64,000 nucleotides of DNA from an uncultured delta proteobacterium (GCA_963754925.1 CAVWHX010000004.1:416001-480000); one strand, 5' to 3'; positions 1-9,822 are shown, numbered from the stretch's first letter. Made by a program: numbers and translations. The notes: a model not told the origin generated them from the sequence alone.

Positions 1-118
1 CGGTGATGGTCGTTTGGCACAAGCAATGGTGTTCGTCGATTTCGGAAACGGCATCGACAAGTTTCATGCGATCCCGATGGAGGATAAGGTCTTCAATAAC
101 GATGTTAGGGTCGGGCAC
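1..118 (-). CDS. ApeP-like hotdog 3-hydroxyacyl-ACP dehydratase, 5' part only (runs off window)
   Basis: Read by hand, not in ORF track: GTG at 118 gives MPDPNIVIEDLILHRDRMKLVDAVSEIDEHHCLCQTTIT; resembles the L-x-P-H-R-x-x-M-x-L-x-D start of FabZ/ApeP hotdog proteins; directly follows the FabA/Z-like gene. Confidence 0.65.
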   Translation of the reverse strand, partial: MPDPNIVIEDLILHRDRMKLVDAVSEIDEHHCLCQTTIT

Positions 119-123
119 GATTC

Positions 124-507
124 CTATTCCTCGATCGAGAGCAGGGCTATACCGCTGCAAACTAACTCTTCGGCGCCATTGTCCCCACAGCAGACAATCT
201 CGAAGCGTCCGTCTCCCGCCCTTGATTCTCTCGGCGGCGCAAGTTTCACCGTAAGCGTCGTAGGCGGTTCCATTTTTTTTCTAAAACGCACCTGTCTCAG
301 TTGTGTCACGACATACTTAATACCGTTACGATCCCCTAAAAGATCTATCGCATCAAATACTAAGCCAATCATGGCTATGCCCGGTATGACGGGATCATTG
401 GGGAAGTGTCCCTCGATCCATGCAGACTGACGTGGCATGCTGAACGATGCTACCAGGCTATCCTTAGAGAACGCAGTCTCCTCAAGCGTGGACCATACGA
501 TTGACAC
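124..507 (-). CDS. FabA/FabZ (ApeI)-like 3-hydroxyacyl-ACP dehydratase
   Basis: GHFPNDPVIPG motif and VRFRK strand; 127 aa; adjacent to ACP. Confidence 0.8.
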   Translation of the reverse strand: MSIVWSTLEETAFSKDSLVASFSMPRQSAWIEGHFPNDPVIPGIAMIGLVFDAIDLLGDRNGIKYVVTQLRQVRFRKKMEPPTTLTVKLAPPRESRAGDGRFEIVCCGDNGAEELVCSGIALLSIEE

Positions 508-513
508 GGATTG

Positions 514-765
514 TTAGGCCTCAGCGTGCACGGCGGTGTGGATGTATTCGACGATGTCGTTGACGGTCCTGATCTTTTTCAGATCATCTTCTTCAACGTT
601 AATACTCAGCTTGGATTCCAGCATGGCTATCATGTCGAGGGCATCGATGCTATCAAGTCCTAAGTCCTTGAAGAGATTTGCTTCCCGGGTTATTTTTTCA
701 GTCGGCACCTCGAACTTACCCGTAAAATAGTCGCTCAGCATTGAAAAAATATCGTCTCTCGTCAT
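514..765 (-). CDS. acpP: acyl carrier protein
   Basis: 83 aa, acidic, DLGLDSID phosphopantetheine attachment motif; GAGG RBS upstream. Confidence 0.93.
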   Translation of the reverse strand: MTRDDIFSMLSDYFTGKFEVPTEKITREANLFKDLGLDSIDALDMIAMLESKLSINVEEDDLKKIRTVNDIVEYIHTAVHAEA

Positions 766-876
766 AGAGGTAACTCGTTTACCGATGTAATAGGCCGCTT
801 ACCAATCCAGTCGCCATAAAGACTTCTCGTTGCCATACCGACTTCTGGGTTTTTTGATATCACGGGCAACTTGTCG

Positions 877-905
877 TTGTCAATTTGCCATTTTTTTATC
901 ATAAT
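877..905 (+). promoter_or_regulatory. putative sigma70 promoter for the radical SAM/ketosynthase operon
   Basis: TTGTCA (877-882), 17 nt spacer, CATAAT (900-905), 52 nt upstream of ATG 958 in a divergent intergenic region. Confidence 0.5.
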
Positions 906-957
906 GCTATCGTCAATTTCTGTTTTGCATGATAAAAGTGAGAAATTAACGGTTCAC

Positions 958-2070
958 ATGAACAACTCGATTGCTTCAATAGTGAAAGCGGCACCATTGC
1001 AGTTTTCTAACCTTCTCAGAGAACCGAACATCAAGACTCGATGGGAAAAGGTACGCAAGTTTTTCTTCTTGCGGGAATCAACGTACGATATGTCCAACCG
1101 CTGTAATCTCAACTGCGACGGCTGCTATTATCATGAAGGAAACCAGCGTCACGCCAAAGAGAACTTAAACCCCCAGGATTGGCGGCAACTTATGCGCGCC
1201 GAGAAGAAACGGGGCGTCACCTTCGTCGTGCTCGCGGGCGCCGAACCTGCGCTCGTGCCCGATCTCCTCCAGGTGTGTTACGAAGAGATGCCTCTTGGTT
1301 GCATCGCCACCAACGGCATCAAGCTCATCCCCGCTTCCGTTGGCTACCGTATCCACATTTCCGTGTGGGGCAACGACCAAACGAGCGCAAAGACGCGCGG
1401 CGTAGAAAACATCCTCCGGCGCCAACTTGACAACTATCAGGGAGACGACCGCGCGGTGTTTGTTTTCAGTTTCACGCGGCACAACATCGACGAAGCACCC
1501 GACGTTGTCGAGACCCTGGCGCGTCAGGGCTGCAAGGTGACCTTCAACGTGTTCTCCTCCCCCCTTCATTATGATGGCGCTTTACGGCACACCGAAGAGT
1601 CGCTTATCAAAACACGACAATGCATGCTCCGGCTCCTTAAGCAGTATCCCGAAACGGTACTGTTTTCGGCTTACAACAGTGTCGTACATACCTTCCCCAA
1701 GGGCTTACATGACACCTTTTCATGTTCATATCCACGGATGAATCCTTCGACTGCGATTGGGCTCGGCCGCTCGTTCCGTCAGTATCGAACGGATCTTACC
1801 TGGGACCGTACGGTGTCCTGTTGCGTACCGGGGACTGACTGCCTTGATTGCCGGCATTACGCATCCGGCAGCGCGGTCGTCACCGCCCGGCTGTACCGGC
1901 ATGCAGAAGACCGGGCGCATTTCACCTCGTGGCTTGACTACGTGGATACCTACCTGGCGGTATGGGTCACGGGCTATCAAAAGGGTAACAACCTCAACCG
2001 TGATCTAGTCCCGCCTCCGGGCTTCGATTCATGTCGAGAGACGAACGATAGGCATGGTTGTCCACTATGA
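958..2070 (+). CDS. radical SAM protein (paralog 1) with C-terminal Cys cluster
   Basis: CNLNCDGC (CxxxCxxC), GAEP, ATNG; C-terminal SCCVPGTDCLDC; ATG 958 preferred over upstream TTG 871. Confidence 0.88.
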   Translation: MNNSIASIVKAAPLQFSNLLREPNIKTRWEKVRKFFFLRESTYDMSNRCNLNCDGCYYHEGNQRHAKENLNPQDWRQLMRAEKKRGVTFVVLAGAEPALVPDLLQVCYEEMPLGCIATNGIKLIPASVGYRIHISVWGNDQTSAKTRGVENILRRQLDNYQGDDRAVFVFSFTRHNIDEAPDVVETLARQGCKVTFNVFSSPLHYDGALRHTEESLIKTRQCMLRLLKQYPETVLFSAYNSVVHTFPKGLHDTFSCSYPRMNPSTAIGLGRSFRQYRTDLTWDRTVSCCVPGTDCLDCRHYASGSAVVTARLYRHAEDRAHFTSWLDYVDTYLAVWVTGYQKGNNLNRDLVPPPGFDSCRETNDRHGCPL

Positions 2071-3065
2071 AAACAGTTAGCTCGTTGCTTGATCGGGAAT
2101 GGTACGAGCGATACAAACGCATTTCCAAACTTAACATTCGTAGTTCGATCTATGATGTCACCAACCAGTGCAACCTCCGGTGCAAGGGCTGTTTTTTCTT
2201 TTCCTCCAACGAGCATATGGTCACGCGCGACGAAACCGACATCCAGCAGTGGGAGCGGTTCGTCGACCACGAAAAAGAACGGGGGGTGAATCTCGCCATC
2301 CTCATTGGCGGAGAACCAACGTTGTTCCTTGACCGCATCAATGCGTTTTACCAGCGCTTGCCCACCTATTGCGCTACCAATGGCTTGATTAAGATTCCCC
2401 GCGACCGTTTCCCCGACATGATGGTCGGTATTTCCTTGTGGGGTGATGAAGACGATGAGAAGCGACTCCGCGGCAAAGTCGCCTTTTCGATCAACCGTAA
2501 AAACTATGAGGGCGATCAATATTGCTACTACCTGTACACCATTACCCCTCCGCAAGTCGGCAAGATCGAGAGCGTCGTGCGTAAGATTAGAGACGTGGGA
2601 CTCAAAGTGCATTTCCAGTTGCTTTCCAATGATGCATCCGTCAGTGGTTTTGATTGGTCGCAAAGCTTGCTCACGGATATCCGGTTCGAAATGGACGCCA
2701 TGCTGGACGCGTATCCGGATACGGTCATCTCAAGTAACTACTACCACCAGATAATCACAACGAATGAAATGCTCGGCAGGCCATGGGGTTGGAATGAATG
2801 CCCCTCGGTGACCGAGCCGCTCGACACGCGCGCGCCAAATCCGAAGCGTCTGATTGGATTCATCCGATGGGCTTCGGACCTCAAGACCATGCACCGCTGC
2901 TGCACATCTGAAACGCGCGACTGTAGTACCTGTAAAGACGGCGCCGCGCACATGAGTTGGGTCATGGTCAACAAACGCGATCATATGGCGAACAGTCAGC
3001 ACCTCCAAAATTGGATCGAAATCTACGAGATGTTTGCAAAGCTGTACCGATTCATCCCATGGTAA
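2058..3065 (+). CDS. radical SAM protein (paralog 2) with C-terminal Cys cluster
   Basis: CNLRCKGC, GGEP, ATNG; C-terminal RCCTSETRDCSTC; overlaps the stop of paralog 1 (start may be 2067). Confidence 0.88.
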   Translation: MSTMKTVSSLLDREWYERYKRISKLNIRSSIYDVTNQCNLRCKGCFFFSSNEHMVTRDETDIQQWERFVDHEKERGVNLAILIGGEPTLFLDRINAFYQRLPTYCATNGLIKIPRDRFPDMMVGISLWGDEDDEKRLRGKVAFSINRKNYEGDQYCYYLYTITPPQVGKIESVVRKIRDVGLKVHFQLLSNDASVSGFDWSQSLLTDIRFEMDAMLDAYPDTVISSNYYHQIITTNEMLGRPWGWNECPSVTEPLDTRAPNPKRLIGFIRWASDLKTMHRCCTSETRDCSTCKDGAAHMSWVMVNKRDHMANSQHLQNWIEIYEMFAKLYRFIPW

Positions 3066-3111
3066 AAGATTACCTGGCTCACCGTGTACCACAGCGATTA
3101 AGGTAGCAAGC

Positions 3112-4356
3112 ATGGATAGAACCCGCATCGTTGTCCTTGGTTATGATGCCATCTCATCGCTCGGCGCCACGTTAGGCGAGCAGTGGGAACGCGCCGAGCA
3201 CGGTCATGGCGGTATCGGACCGCTGACGCGTTTTCCGTTGCCTGATGAATTCCCCGTCCGTATTGCGGGGCAAGTAGCGGATCTGCCGGACCGGGCGTTC
3301 CCCTACATGTCACCGCGCGAGCTCGGGCACTGGACATCGCCTATCTTTCGGTATGGCATGTTAGTGGTGCACCGCACGATTAACAACATTGGCCTGGAAA
3401 TCGCGCCGGAGATTGCGCCGCGCGTTGCAACAACATTTAGTACTGCTATTGGCGGTCTCGATGCCGTTATCAAGGCCGATCGTACGATGACGGCCTCCGG
3501 TAAGTTGCCACATCCGTTCGTCAATCCCAACTCATGCATCAACATGGTGACCGGCAAAGTGGCCATCCTTACGGGCGCCACCGGACCGATTCTTGCCACC
3601 GTCACGGCATGTGCCACTGGCTGCTCATCCCTGATCATCGGTGCGCTGTTGCTGCAAGCCGGGCTTGCCGATGTAGCCATCTGCGGAGCAGTCGATTTCC
3701 CGTTGATTGAACCGATTGTTGCCGGGTTCGCAACGATGAACGGCGCCTATAAAAGTCTGCCGGAGGAGGCCGATGCGAGAACCGCGAGCAGGCCCTTTTC
3801 GGTTGCACGTCGAGGCTTTATTATTTCCGAGGGTGCCGGTTGCGTGGTAATCGCTCATGAACGCTTCGCGAACGCCCATGGTTTGCCATACCGCATCGCG
3901 CTTGCCGGCTGGTCCATGACTGCGGACGCCTACCACTTTGTCGCTCCGAAACGGGAGACGATCGGCCGCTGTATGCACGAAGCCATCGCCAGTGCCGGGT
4001 TGCACCCGCACGACATCGATGCCGTCAACGCCCACGCTGCAAGCACCAAAGTTGGCGACGCTACTGAGGCGGACGCCCTGCACGATGTTTTCGGCAACAC
4101 GATGCCACCCCTAACGGCCAACAAATCATTAATCGGTCACGCCATGGGAGCGGCAAGTGCGCTTGAGCTTATCTACGCGATGGAAGGGATGATCCGCGGT
4201 AAGCTTCTACCGACTATCAATTACACACCCGATCCAACGTTAGCCCTTAACACGGTTGGAACTACCACGATAGATCTTCACCAGGAATTCGTTCTCAAGA
4301 ACTCGTTTGGCTTCGGCGGGTGTAACGCCTGCATAGTATTACAACGGCTCGCGTGA
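3112..4356 (+). CDS. fabF: beta-ketoacyl-ACP synthase II family (FabF-like) KS1
   Basis: TACATG, SEGAG, NAHAAST, KSLIGH, KNSFGFGG motifs; ATG 3112 (MDRTRIVVLG). Confidence 0.9.
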   Translation: MDRTRIVVLGYDAISSLGATLGEQWERAEHGHGGIGPLTRFPLPDEFPVRIAGQVADLPDRAFPYMSPRELGHWTSPIFRYGMLVVHRTINNIGLEIAPEIAPRVATTFSTAIGGLDAVIKADRTMTASGKLPHPFVNPNSCINMVTGKVAILTGATGPILATVTACATGCSSLIIGALLLQAGLADVAICGAVDFPLIEPIVAGFATMNGAYKSLPEEADARTASRPFSVARRGFIISEGAGCVVIAHERFANAHGLPYRIALAGWSMTADAYHFVAPKRETIGRCMHEAIASAGLHPHDIDAVNAHAASTKVGDATEADALHDVFGNTMPPLTANKSLIGHAMGAASALELIYAMEGMIRGKLLPTINYTPDPTLALNTVGTTTIDLHQEFVLKNSFGFGGCNACIVLQRLA

Positions 4357-4512
4357 GACACACCGTGGAAATACGACGGGCGGCACCGTAGCATTGCTGT
4401 GCAAGACCTGCGTTAAGTGCATTGACATTGGTGGTGTTTTTCGTGCTTATGGGAATGTCGTATCGGCGATGGCAGTGCGGATCATTAACATATTTTTTAT
4501 AGGAGCTGCTCG

Positions 4513-5779
4513 GTGAAAGCGCCCTGCAACCGCCGCGTCTTCGTTATCGGCTACGCTGCTGCCACGCCGCTGGGCATCGATTTCGCCACCACGTGGGAGC
4601 GAGCCGTGCGCGGTGAGGCCGGTTTTCGGATGGTTTCTCCGTTGCTCGGTGGACAGCCCGAGCATGATTGTCGGTGAGATCCCCGGCTGGAATCCCTTGG
4701 CGTTGGATTTCGCCGACAAGAAGGAAGTAAAAAATTTCAACGCCATGTTCGTGTTACTCACCATGATGGTCTGCCGCGATGCGCTTCGTCACGCGGGACT
4801 CGAGATGACCGACGGCGTCGGGCCGCGCACGGCCTGTTTCATCGGATCCTCGCTCAATGGCCATGACGCCTATCGCGAGGCCACGGTTAATCTTATGGAG
4901 CGGGGACCGAATCGGGTCAGTCCGTTCCTGCTGCCCAACCTGTGTGCCAATCTACCATCGGGAAAGGCAGGCATGCTGCTCAAATTCACGGGTCCGGTCT
5001 TCTCGCCCCAAGGGGCCTGCGCTTCTGGCAACCATGCCATTGGCCTCGGCGCGCGACTGATCCGCGACGGTGATGTCGACTTTGTGCTCGCCGGCGGCGT
5101 CGACACCGCTATCCTGCCCGAGATCATCCACGGTTTTGCCAACATGAACGCCACCTTCAAAGTGCATCCCGAGGACCGCGCTTTTAAGGACCTCGCGCAG
5201 GCTTCCCGACCGTTCAGCATCGACCGAAAGGGTTTCGTGCTTTCTGAAGGGGCCGGCGTGCTCGTGCTGGCGGCTGAGGATGCGATCGCAGCGCATGGTT
5301 TGAGGGCGCGAGCTGAAATCATGGGCGTTGGCTGGTCGTCGGATGCACATCACATCACCAAGCCATACGCACCCACGATTGTTCGTGCCCTACGCGAGGC
5401 TATTGATGATGCGAATCTTGCGCCCGTCGATATCCAGTATGTGAACGCGCACGGCACGTCAACGCCAACCGGAGATAGCAATGAGATCGCCTGCCTCAAA
5501 GAGGTCTTTCGCGCGGATCTCGAACGAATACCCGTTTCCTCGAACAAATCGCAGCTCGGGCATACCCTGGGCGCTTCGGCGGCCATTGAGGGAGCGCTCA
5601 CTATCGAGGGTATGCAGCACGGTATCATCCTGCCGACCATCAACCATCGTCCCGATCCTGAGTTTGACGGCGTGGACGTCGTGCCCAACCAGGCTCGGAA
5701 ACAGCGTTACGAAATTGCACTATCGAACGCGTTTGGATTCGGAGGCACCAACTGCTGTATCGTTTTTCGAGGAGTTTGA
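4513..5779 (+). CDS. fabF: beta-ketoacyl-ACP synthase II family (FabF-like) KS2, with +1 frameshift near 4638
   Basis: AGGAG RBS at 4501, GTG 4513 gives MKAPCNRRVFVIGYAAATPLG...GEAGF; continues in the 4613 frame with GACASG, NAHGTST, KSQLGH, SNAFGFGG; total length is 3n+1. Confidence 0.87.
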
Positions 5780-6258
5780 TGACCACCAAGCGGTTCAATC
5801 CTAACCCCATTGATGAAACTGGGATGTTCGTCCGTGATACCGTAACCAATCTGGTATGGCATCGCGTGCAGACCAGACCGCTGTACGCTGACACCGATCG
5901 CTCACAGGTCGTGTATCATGCTAACTATTTACGCTACTTCGAACTCGGCCGAACGAGCCTCATGCGCGATATGGGCTATCCCTACCGGGAGGTCGAAAAC
6001 GCCGGCTATATCTATCCCATTGTGAATCTGCAGCTCTCCTTCAAGTATCCTCTTTTCTACGATGATCCCATCTGGATTCATACCCGACCATCAGAGATCG
6101 ATCGCATACGTGTTACGTTTAACTATATCATCACGCATGTTGAGCACGCTTGCGTGGTTTGCACGGGCTTTACCAAGCACTGCGCTTTAAACGAAAAGCG
6201 AAAGCCTACGCCCGTCGACGCCACGACGGCACGAATGTGGAAAACCTTTCCCGCATGA
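5779..6258 (+). CDS. acyl-CoA/ACP thioesterase (YbgC/4HBT, ApeK-like hotdog)
   Basis: YADTDRSQVVYHANYLRYFELGR motif; TGATG coupling to KS2. Confidence 0.88.
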   Translation: MTTKRFNPNPIDETGMFVRDTVTNLVWHRVQTRPLYADTDRSQVVYHANYLRYFELGRTSLMRDMGYPYREVENAGYIYPIVNLQLSFKYPLFYDDPIWIHTRPSEIDRIRVTFNYIITHVEHACVVCTGFTKHCALNEKRKPTPVDATTARMWKTFPA

Positions 6259-7760
6259 CTACCCGGCAGTGTGTCTCTATTCCGCTTCCCGCCTATCTAC
6301 GTGATCATGTGGTTGACGGGCAGTCTGTTTTGCCGGCAGCCGAAGCGCTTCAATGGTTGGCTTCGGAAGTCAAGCGTCAGTTCCCCGTGCTGGATGTATC
6401 CCACACCAGCGACGCGCAGTTTCTGCGCTTGTTACCATTAAGCACCAAACCGGGAACGGTGGCAGGCTCCTTGGATGCATTGATAGAGCTCTCGCCGTTA
6501 ACAGAAGATGGTATCTATGCCTCGCTGCTCACCAAGCAGCAAACTAAGGTTGGGTTGCACCGGACCAGAGAACATGTCTCGGTGTGTTTCGGCAAAGCCC
6601 AACCGAACAGTTCTCTGCCGATTGATGATGCATGGTGCCTTGAGGGGGTGTGCACCGTGATTCCAAAAACACTCCTCTATGGCGAGATGGTGCCGTTCGG
6701 ACCTTCCTTCCACAATGTACTCGATCCCATTCGCTTCAGTCGGAGCGGAGCAACCGCTTGGCTTCAAGCGCCTGAGCTTGGCCCAGTAACGGCAACGGTG
6801 CAGACCGGGTCGGCCTTTGTCTTCGACGCCGCGCTTCACCTTGCCTGCGGGTGGAGTCAGTATGACTCTGGAATCGTCACGTTTCCCACGGGGTACGCAA
6901 ACCGCCAGATTATCAATCCTACCCAACCCGGAGAACACTATTATTGTTCCGTCATGCCCAAAGGTCATACAAAAGACCGCTTTCTGTTCGATATCCTCAT
7001 ACTTGACAGGAATGGCAACATCCGGGAGTCGGTTCGCCAGGTGATGATGCAGGACATTTTCCATGGCCGTCTGAGGGCGCCTACGGATTTGAAACTGGTC
7101 GGCCGTGAATTCGAAGAGCAGCTAACCGCGCTGTGTCCAAGCACTGCCATTGTTGAGATTGCTGCGCTGTCTCCCGCTGCCGCCAAAGCGCTTTCACCGT
7201 TAGAGCAGGAACGCTCCAAAACCATGGCGGAAAAAAGACGCACCGCTTTTTGTGCGGGCAGAGCGGCGCTCCGCATAGCGGCGCGACGCTTTATGGAAGC
7301 ACACGGATTACCCCTATCGACGAACATTGAGATCGGATCCTACGATACTGGCGCGCCCTGGGTTCGGTGGCCCTTGATGTCTGAATCATGCTACTACGCC
7401 GTATCTCACGATTCGCGTTTTGCCGTGGCTCTGTTCGATGAGCGCCCCGTTGGCATCGATGTGGAACAGTTGAGGGATACGGCGTACCATCATCGAAAAC
7501 GTTTCCTCTCCGAGCAGGAGCGCTCCGCCGTGGAGAGTTCCGCACTCGATCCGGAGCAATCGGCCCTGCGCGCTTGGTCCATCAAAGAAGCGGCGGTAAA
7601 AAGGTTCCTGCAACCTCTCGGTACGATCTGGAACTCGCTCACCGTCCGTGCTATAGGCTCAACGGAGAGCTCGTTCGAGTATAACGGCAAGCTCTGGAAA
7701 GCACAGCATACGGACTTTGACGATCACGTCGTGACGGTTATCAACTCATCGGCGACCTGA
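6255..7760 (+). CDS. PKS-type dehydratase fused to Sfp-type 4'-phosphopantetheinyl transferase
   Basis: N-terminal DHVVDGQSVLPAA (HxxxGxxxxP), FGPSF, FDAALH; C-terminal VSHD, VGIDVE, WSIKEAAVK; ATGA coupling to the thioesterase. Confidence 0.8.
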   Translation: MTTRQCVSIPLPAYLRDHVVDGQSVLPAAEALQWLASEVKRQFPVLDVSHTSDAQFLRLLPLSTKPGTVAGSLDALIELSPLTEDGIYASLLTKQQTKVGLHRTREHVSVCFGKAQPNSSLPIDDAWCLEGVCTVIPKTLLYGEMVPFGPSFHNVLDPIRFSRSGATAWLQAPELGPVTATVQTGSAFVFDAALHLACGWSQYDSGIVTFPTGYANRQIINPTQPGEHYYCSVMPKGHTKDRFLFDILILDRNGNIRESVRQVMMQDIFHGRLRAPTDLKLVGREFEEQLTALCPSTAIVEIAALSPAAAKALSPLEQERSKTMAEKRRTAFCAGRAALRIAARRFMEAHGLPLSTNIEIGSYDTGAPWVRWPLMSESCYYAVSHDSRFAVALFDERPVGIDVEQLRDTAYHHRKRFLSEQERSAVESSALDPEQSALRAWSIKEAAVKRFLQPLGTIWNSLTVRAIGSTESSFEYNGKLWKAQHTDFDDHVVTVINSSAT

Positions 7761-7769
7761 ACGAAACCC

Positions 7770-8351
7770 ATGGCTCTATGGATTATCGCCCTTACGGGGA
7801 CCTACCTTATCGGCTCGATAAACTTTTCAATCCTGCTTTTTAAAATTACCGGGAAAGACGATCCCCGTGCGGGCCACAGCGGTAATCCCGGTGTCACCAA
7901 CGTCTACCGCCAAGCGGGAATGGCCGCCGCAAGTTTCGTGCTCGCTCTCGACTTAAGCCGAGCATTGCTCGTGGCGTACCTCGGCGCCCGGCTGTTCTCC
8001 CGTGAGCTGATTGACTGGTTGGGATTCGCGTTGATCCTCGGTAACCGTTACCCCTGCTTCCATGGCTTCCAGGGGGGCAAGGGGGTTGCGAATTTTCTGG
8101 GATTTACGCTGGGACTCGCGCCAGCATGGGCAGGGATCTCTGCACTCACCTGGCTTGCCGTGCGTGCTTTCGTAACGACTACCTTTATTCCTTCTCTCGC
8201 GATGGTAGCGGTGCTCGCGGGAGGATGTATGGCTGCGGGAGGCTACTCGGTGCCCGCGCTACTTGCAACATTCCTTATCTGCTTGCTCACTTTAATCGGT
8301 CATAAAAAAAATATCGAAGCATTTTTGGCGGAGAGAAAGAAAACCGAATAA
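7770..8351 (+). CDS. plsY: glycerol-3-phosphate acyltransferase PlsY family
   Basis: YLIGSI, SGNPGVTN, FQGGKGVA, HKKNI motifs; multiple hydrophobic segments. Confidence 0.88.
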   Translation: MALWIIALTGTYLIGSINFSILLFKITGKDDPRAGHSGNPGVTNVYRQAGMAAASFVLALDLSRALLVAYLGARLFSRELIDWLGFALILGNRYPCFHGFQGGKGVANFLGFTLGLAPAWAGISALTWLAVRAFVTTTFIPSLAMVAVLAGGCMAAGGYSVPALLATFLICLLTLIGHKKNIEAFLAERKKTE

Positions 8352-8403
8352 AAGTACTGGCACCGCCGGACACTACTCATAGCACCGTGCAACACCTTGA
8401 AAG

Positions 8404-9822
8404 TTAGGTATATGACGTTGGTGTTAAAGTAGAATATCCTAGTATCTCGAGCGCCGCGTGATGGTCTCGCTTACCGACTGTGGTCGTCGGTATTTTGTCA
8501 ACGCACACCATACGGCGAGGAATAGCGACTGCATCGAGTCTCGTTTGAAGAAGTCGAGTGAGTTTTTCGGCAGGCACCTCACTGACCACGAGAGCAACTA
8601 TCAGATTTCCACGGCTTTCAGGCGTGGGGACGGCCAGGACGAAAGCATCGGTTATTCCCGGAAGCGCTTTAAGTGCCGATTCGACTTCTAAAAGATCCAC
8701 ACGCTTTCCGCCAACCTTCACGAGACCGTCAATTCTTCCAATCAGCTCAAAGCAATTAGTTCCCCGCGATCGCACCCTATCGCCGGTGAAGTAAAAGCCA
8801 TCGGCGTCACGGTCGAGATTCCTCGAAAGAAAGGGCGAGTTGACCGCGAGTCGATTATCGTCTCCCACGCGCCACCGAACCACCGGGAACGGTGTCCATG
8901 CCTGTTCACCGGCATGACGGCAGCGGGAGGCGATTCCGCCGGTTTCAGTCGATCCGTAAATCTCGGTGACGCCAACACCAGAACACTGTGAAAAACGCCT
9001 GCCATAGGACTCTTCGAGAAATCCTCCCGACGAAAATGCGAGCCTGAGTTTGTTAAGTGAAAAGTCTTTATCAGGCAGTACCTGATAGTGCATCGGTCCT
9101 GCAATAAATACGGTGGCTTGTACCGATACGAGCGTTGCAACGATCTCGTGGGGATAGAACGGCGATTCATCGACTATCGACGCTCCGGTCATGAGCGGCA
9201 GGAGCACGGAGTAGAGCAATCCATAGATATGGAACGGCGGAACCACTGCCACCATGACGTCCGATGAGTTGATCTGAAACCTTTCTCTGAGATATGCAAC
9301 TTCGCCAAACAAATTTCTTATTGATTTGTTCCAAACCACCGGTTTGCCGGTTGATCCGCCGGTATAGAGATAGAGCAACACATCGTCAAGCGGCCGGTCT
9401 AAGGCAAGCGGTGACGAATCGGATTCTTCTTCAACGTGTTCGGTAGAAATGATCTGAAACCCTTCCGGCGCGGAATTTTTTTCGCTCGCCAGTATGACCT
9501 TGGCGGAAAGCGAAGCGCATGCCGCAGCGATAGCAGTCTGGGAGAGAGAGGCTGGCAGAACCAGGCGCGGACCGCCGGCAAGAGACGACAGAACCGCCGC
9601 GCCGACCACTGAGCGATGCGTTGTAGCAACACAGATCGTGTCGTTGCGGCCAAGCCCCAGTGAGGCACATCGTTTCAGAAGGACACGGGCAAGGAATCGG
9701 CTGCCGGCCCGGCGTCCCTTCGACTCCATAAACGGCCAGGCGCCATCTTCCACGAAAAGAGCTTCATTAAGCTTTTGGGCGTCTCGTGTTCTCGGAACAC
9801 CTGGACTCTTAAACGCGGGCAT
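8404..9822 (-). CDS. AMP-dependent acyl-CoA/acyl-ACP synthetase (ApeH-like)
   Basis: YTGGSTGKP, YGSTETGG, TGD, GRIDGLVKVGGKRV, TVGK adenylate-forming motifs. Confidence 0.88.
   Translation of the reverse strand: MPAFKSPGVPRTRDAQKLNEALFVEDGAWPFMESKGRRAGSRFLARVLLKRCASLGLGRNDTICVATTHRSVVGAAVLSSLAGGPRLVLPASLSQTAIAAACASLSAKVILASEKNSAPEGFQIISTEHVEEESDSSPLALDRPLDDVLLYLYTGGSTGKPVVWNKSIRNLFGEVAYLRERFQINSSDVMVAVVPPFHIYGLLYSVLLPLMTGASIVDESPFYPHEIVATLVSVQATVFIAGPMHYQVLPDKDFSLNKLRLAFSSGGFLEESYGRRFSQCSGVGVTEIYGSTETGGIASRCRHAGEQAWTPFPVVRWRVGDDNRLAVNSPFLSRNLDRDADGFYFTGDRVRSRGTNCFELIGRIDGLVKVGGKRVDLLEVESALKALPGITDAFVLAVPTPESRGNLIVALVVSEVPAEKLTRLLQTRLDAVAIPRRMVCVDKIPTTTVGKRDHHAALEILGYSTLTPTSYT

Noticed and set aside
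4630..4645. Programmed frameshift or phase variation in KS2 and the other split genes
   Set aside because: No slippery heptamer or long homopolymer at these sites; the window-wide pattern fits indel error.
6150..6254. Longer N-terminus for the DH-PPTase ORF
   Set aside because: It overlaps the thioesterase gene; the ATGA-coupled start at 6255 is more plausible.
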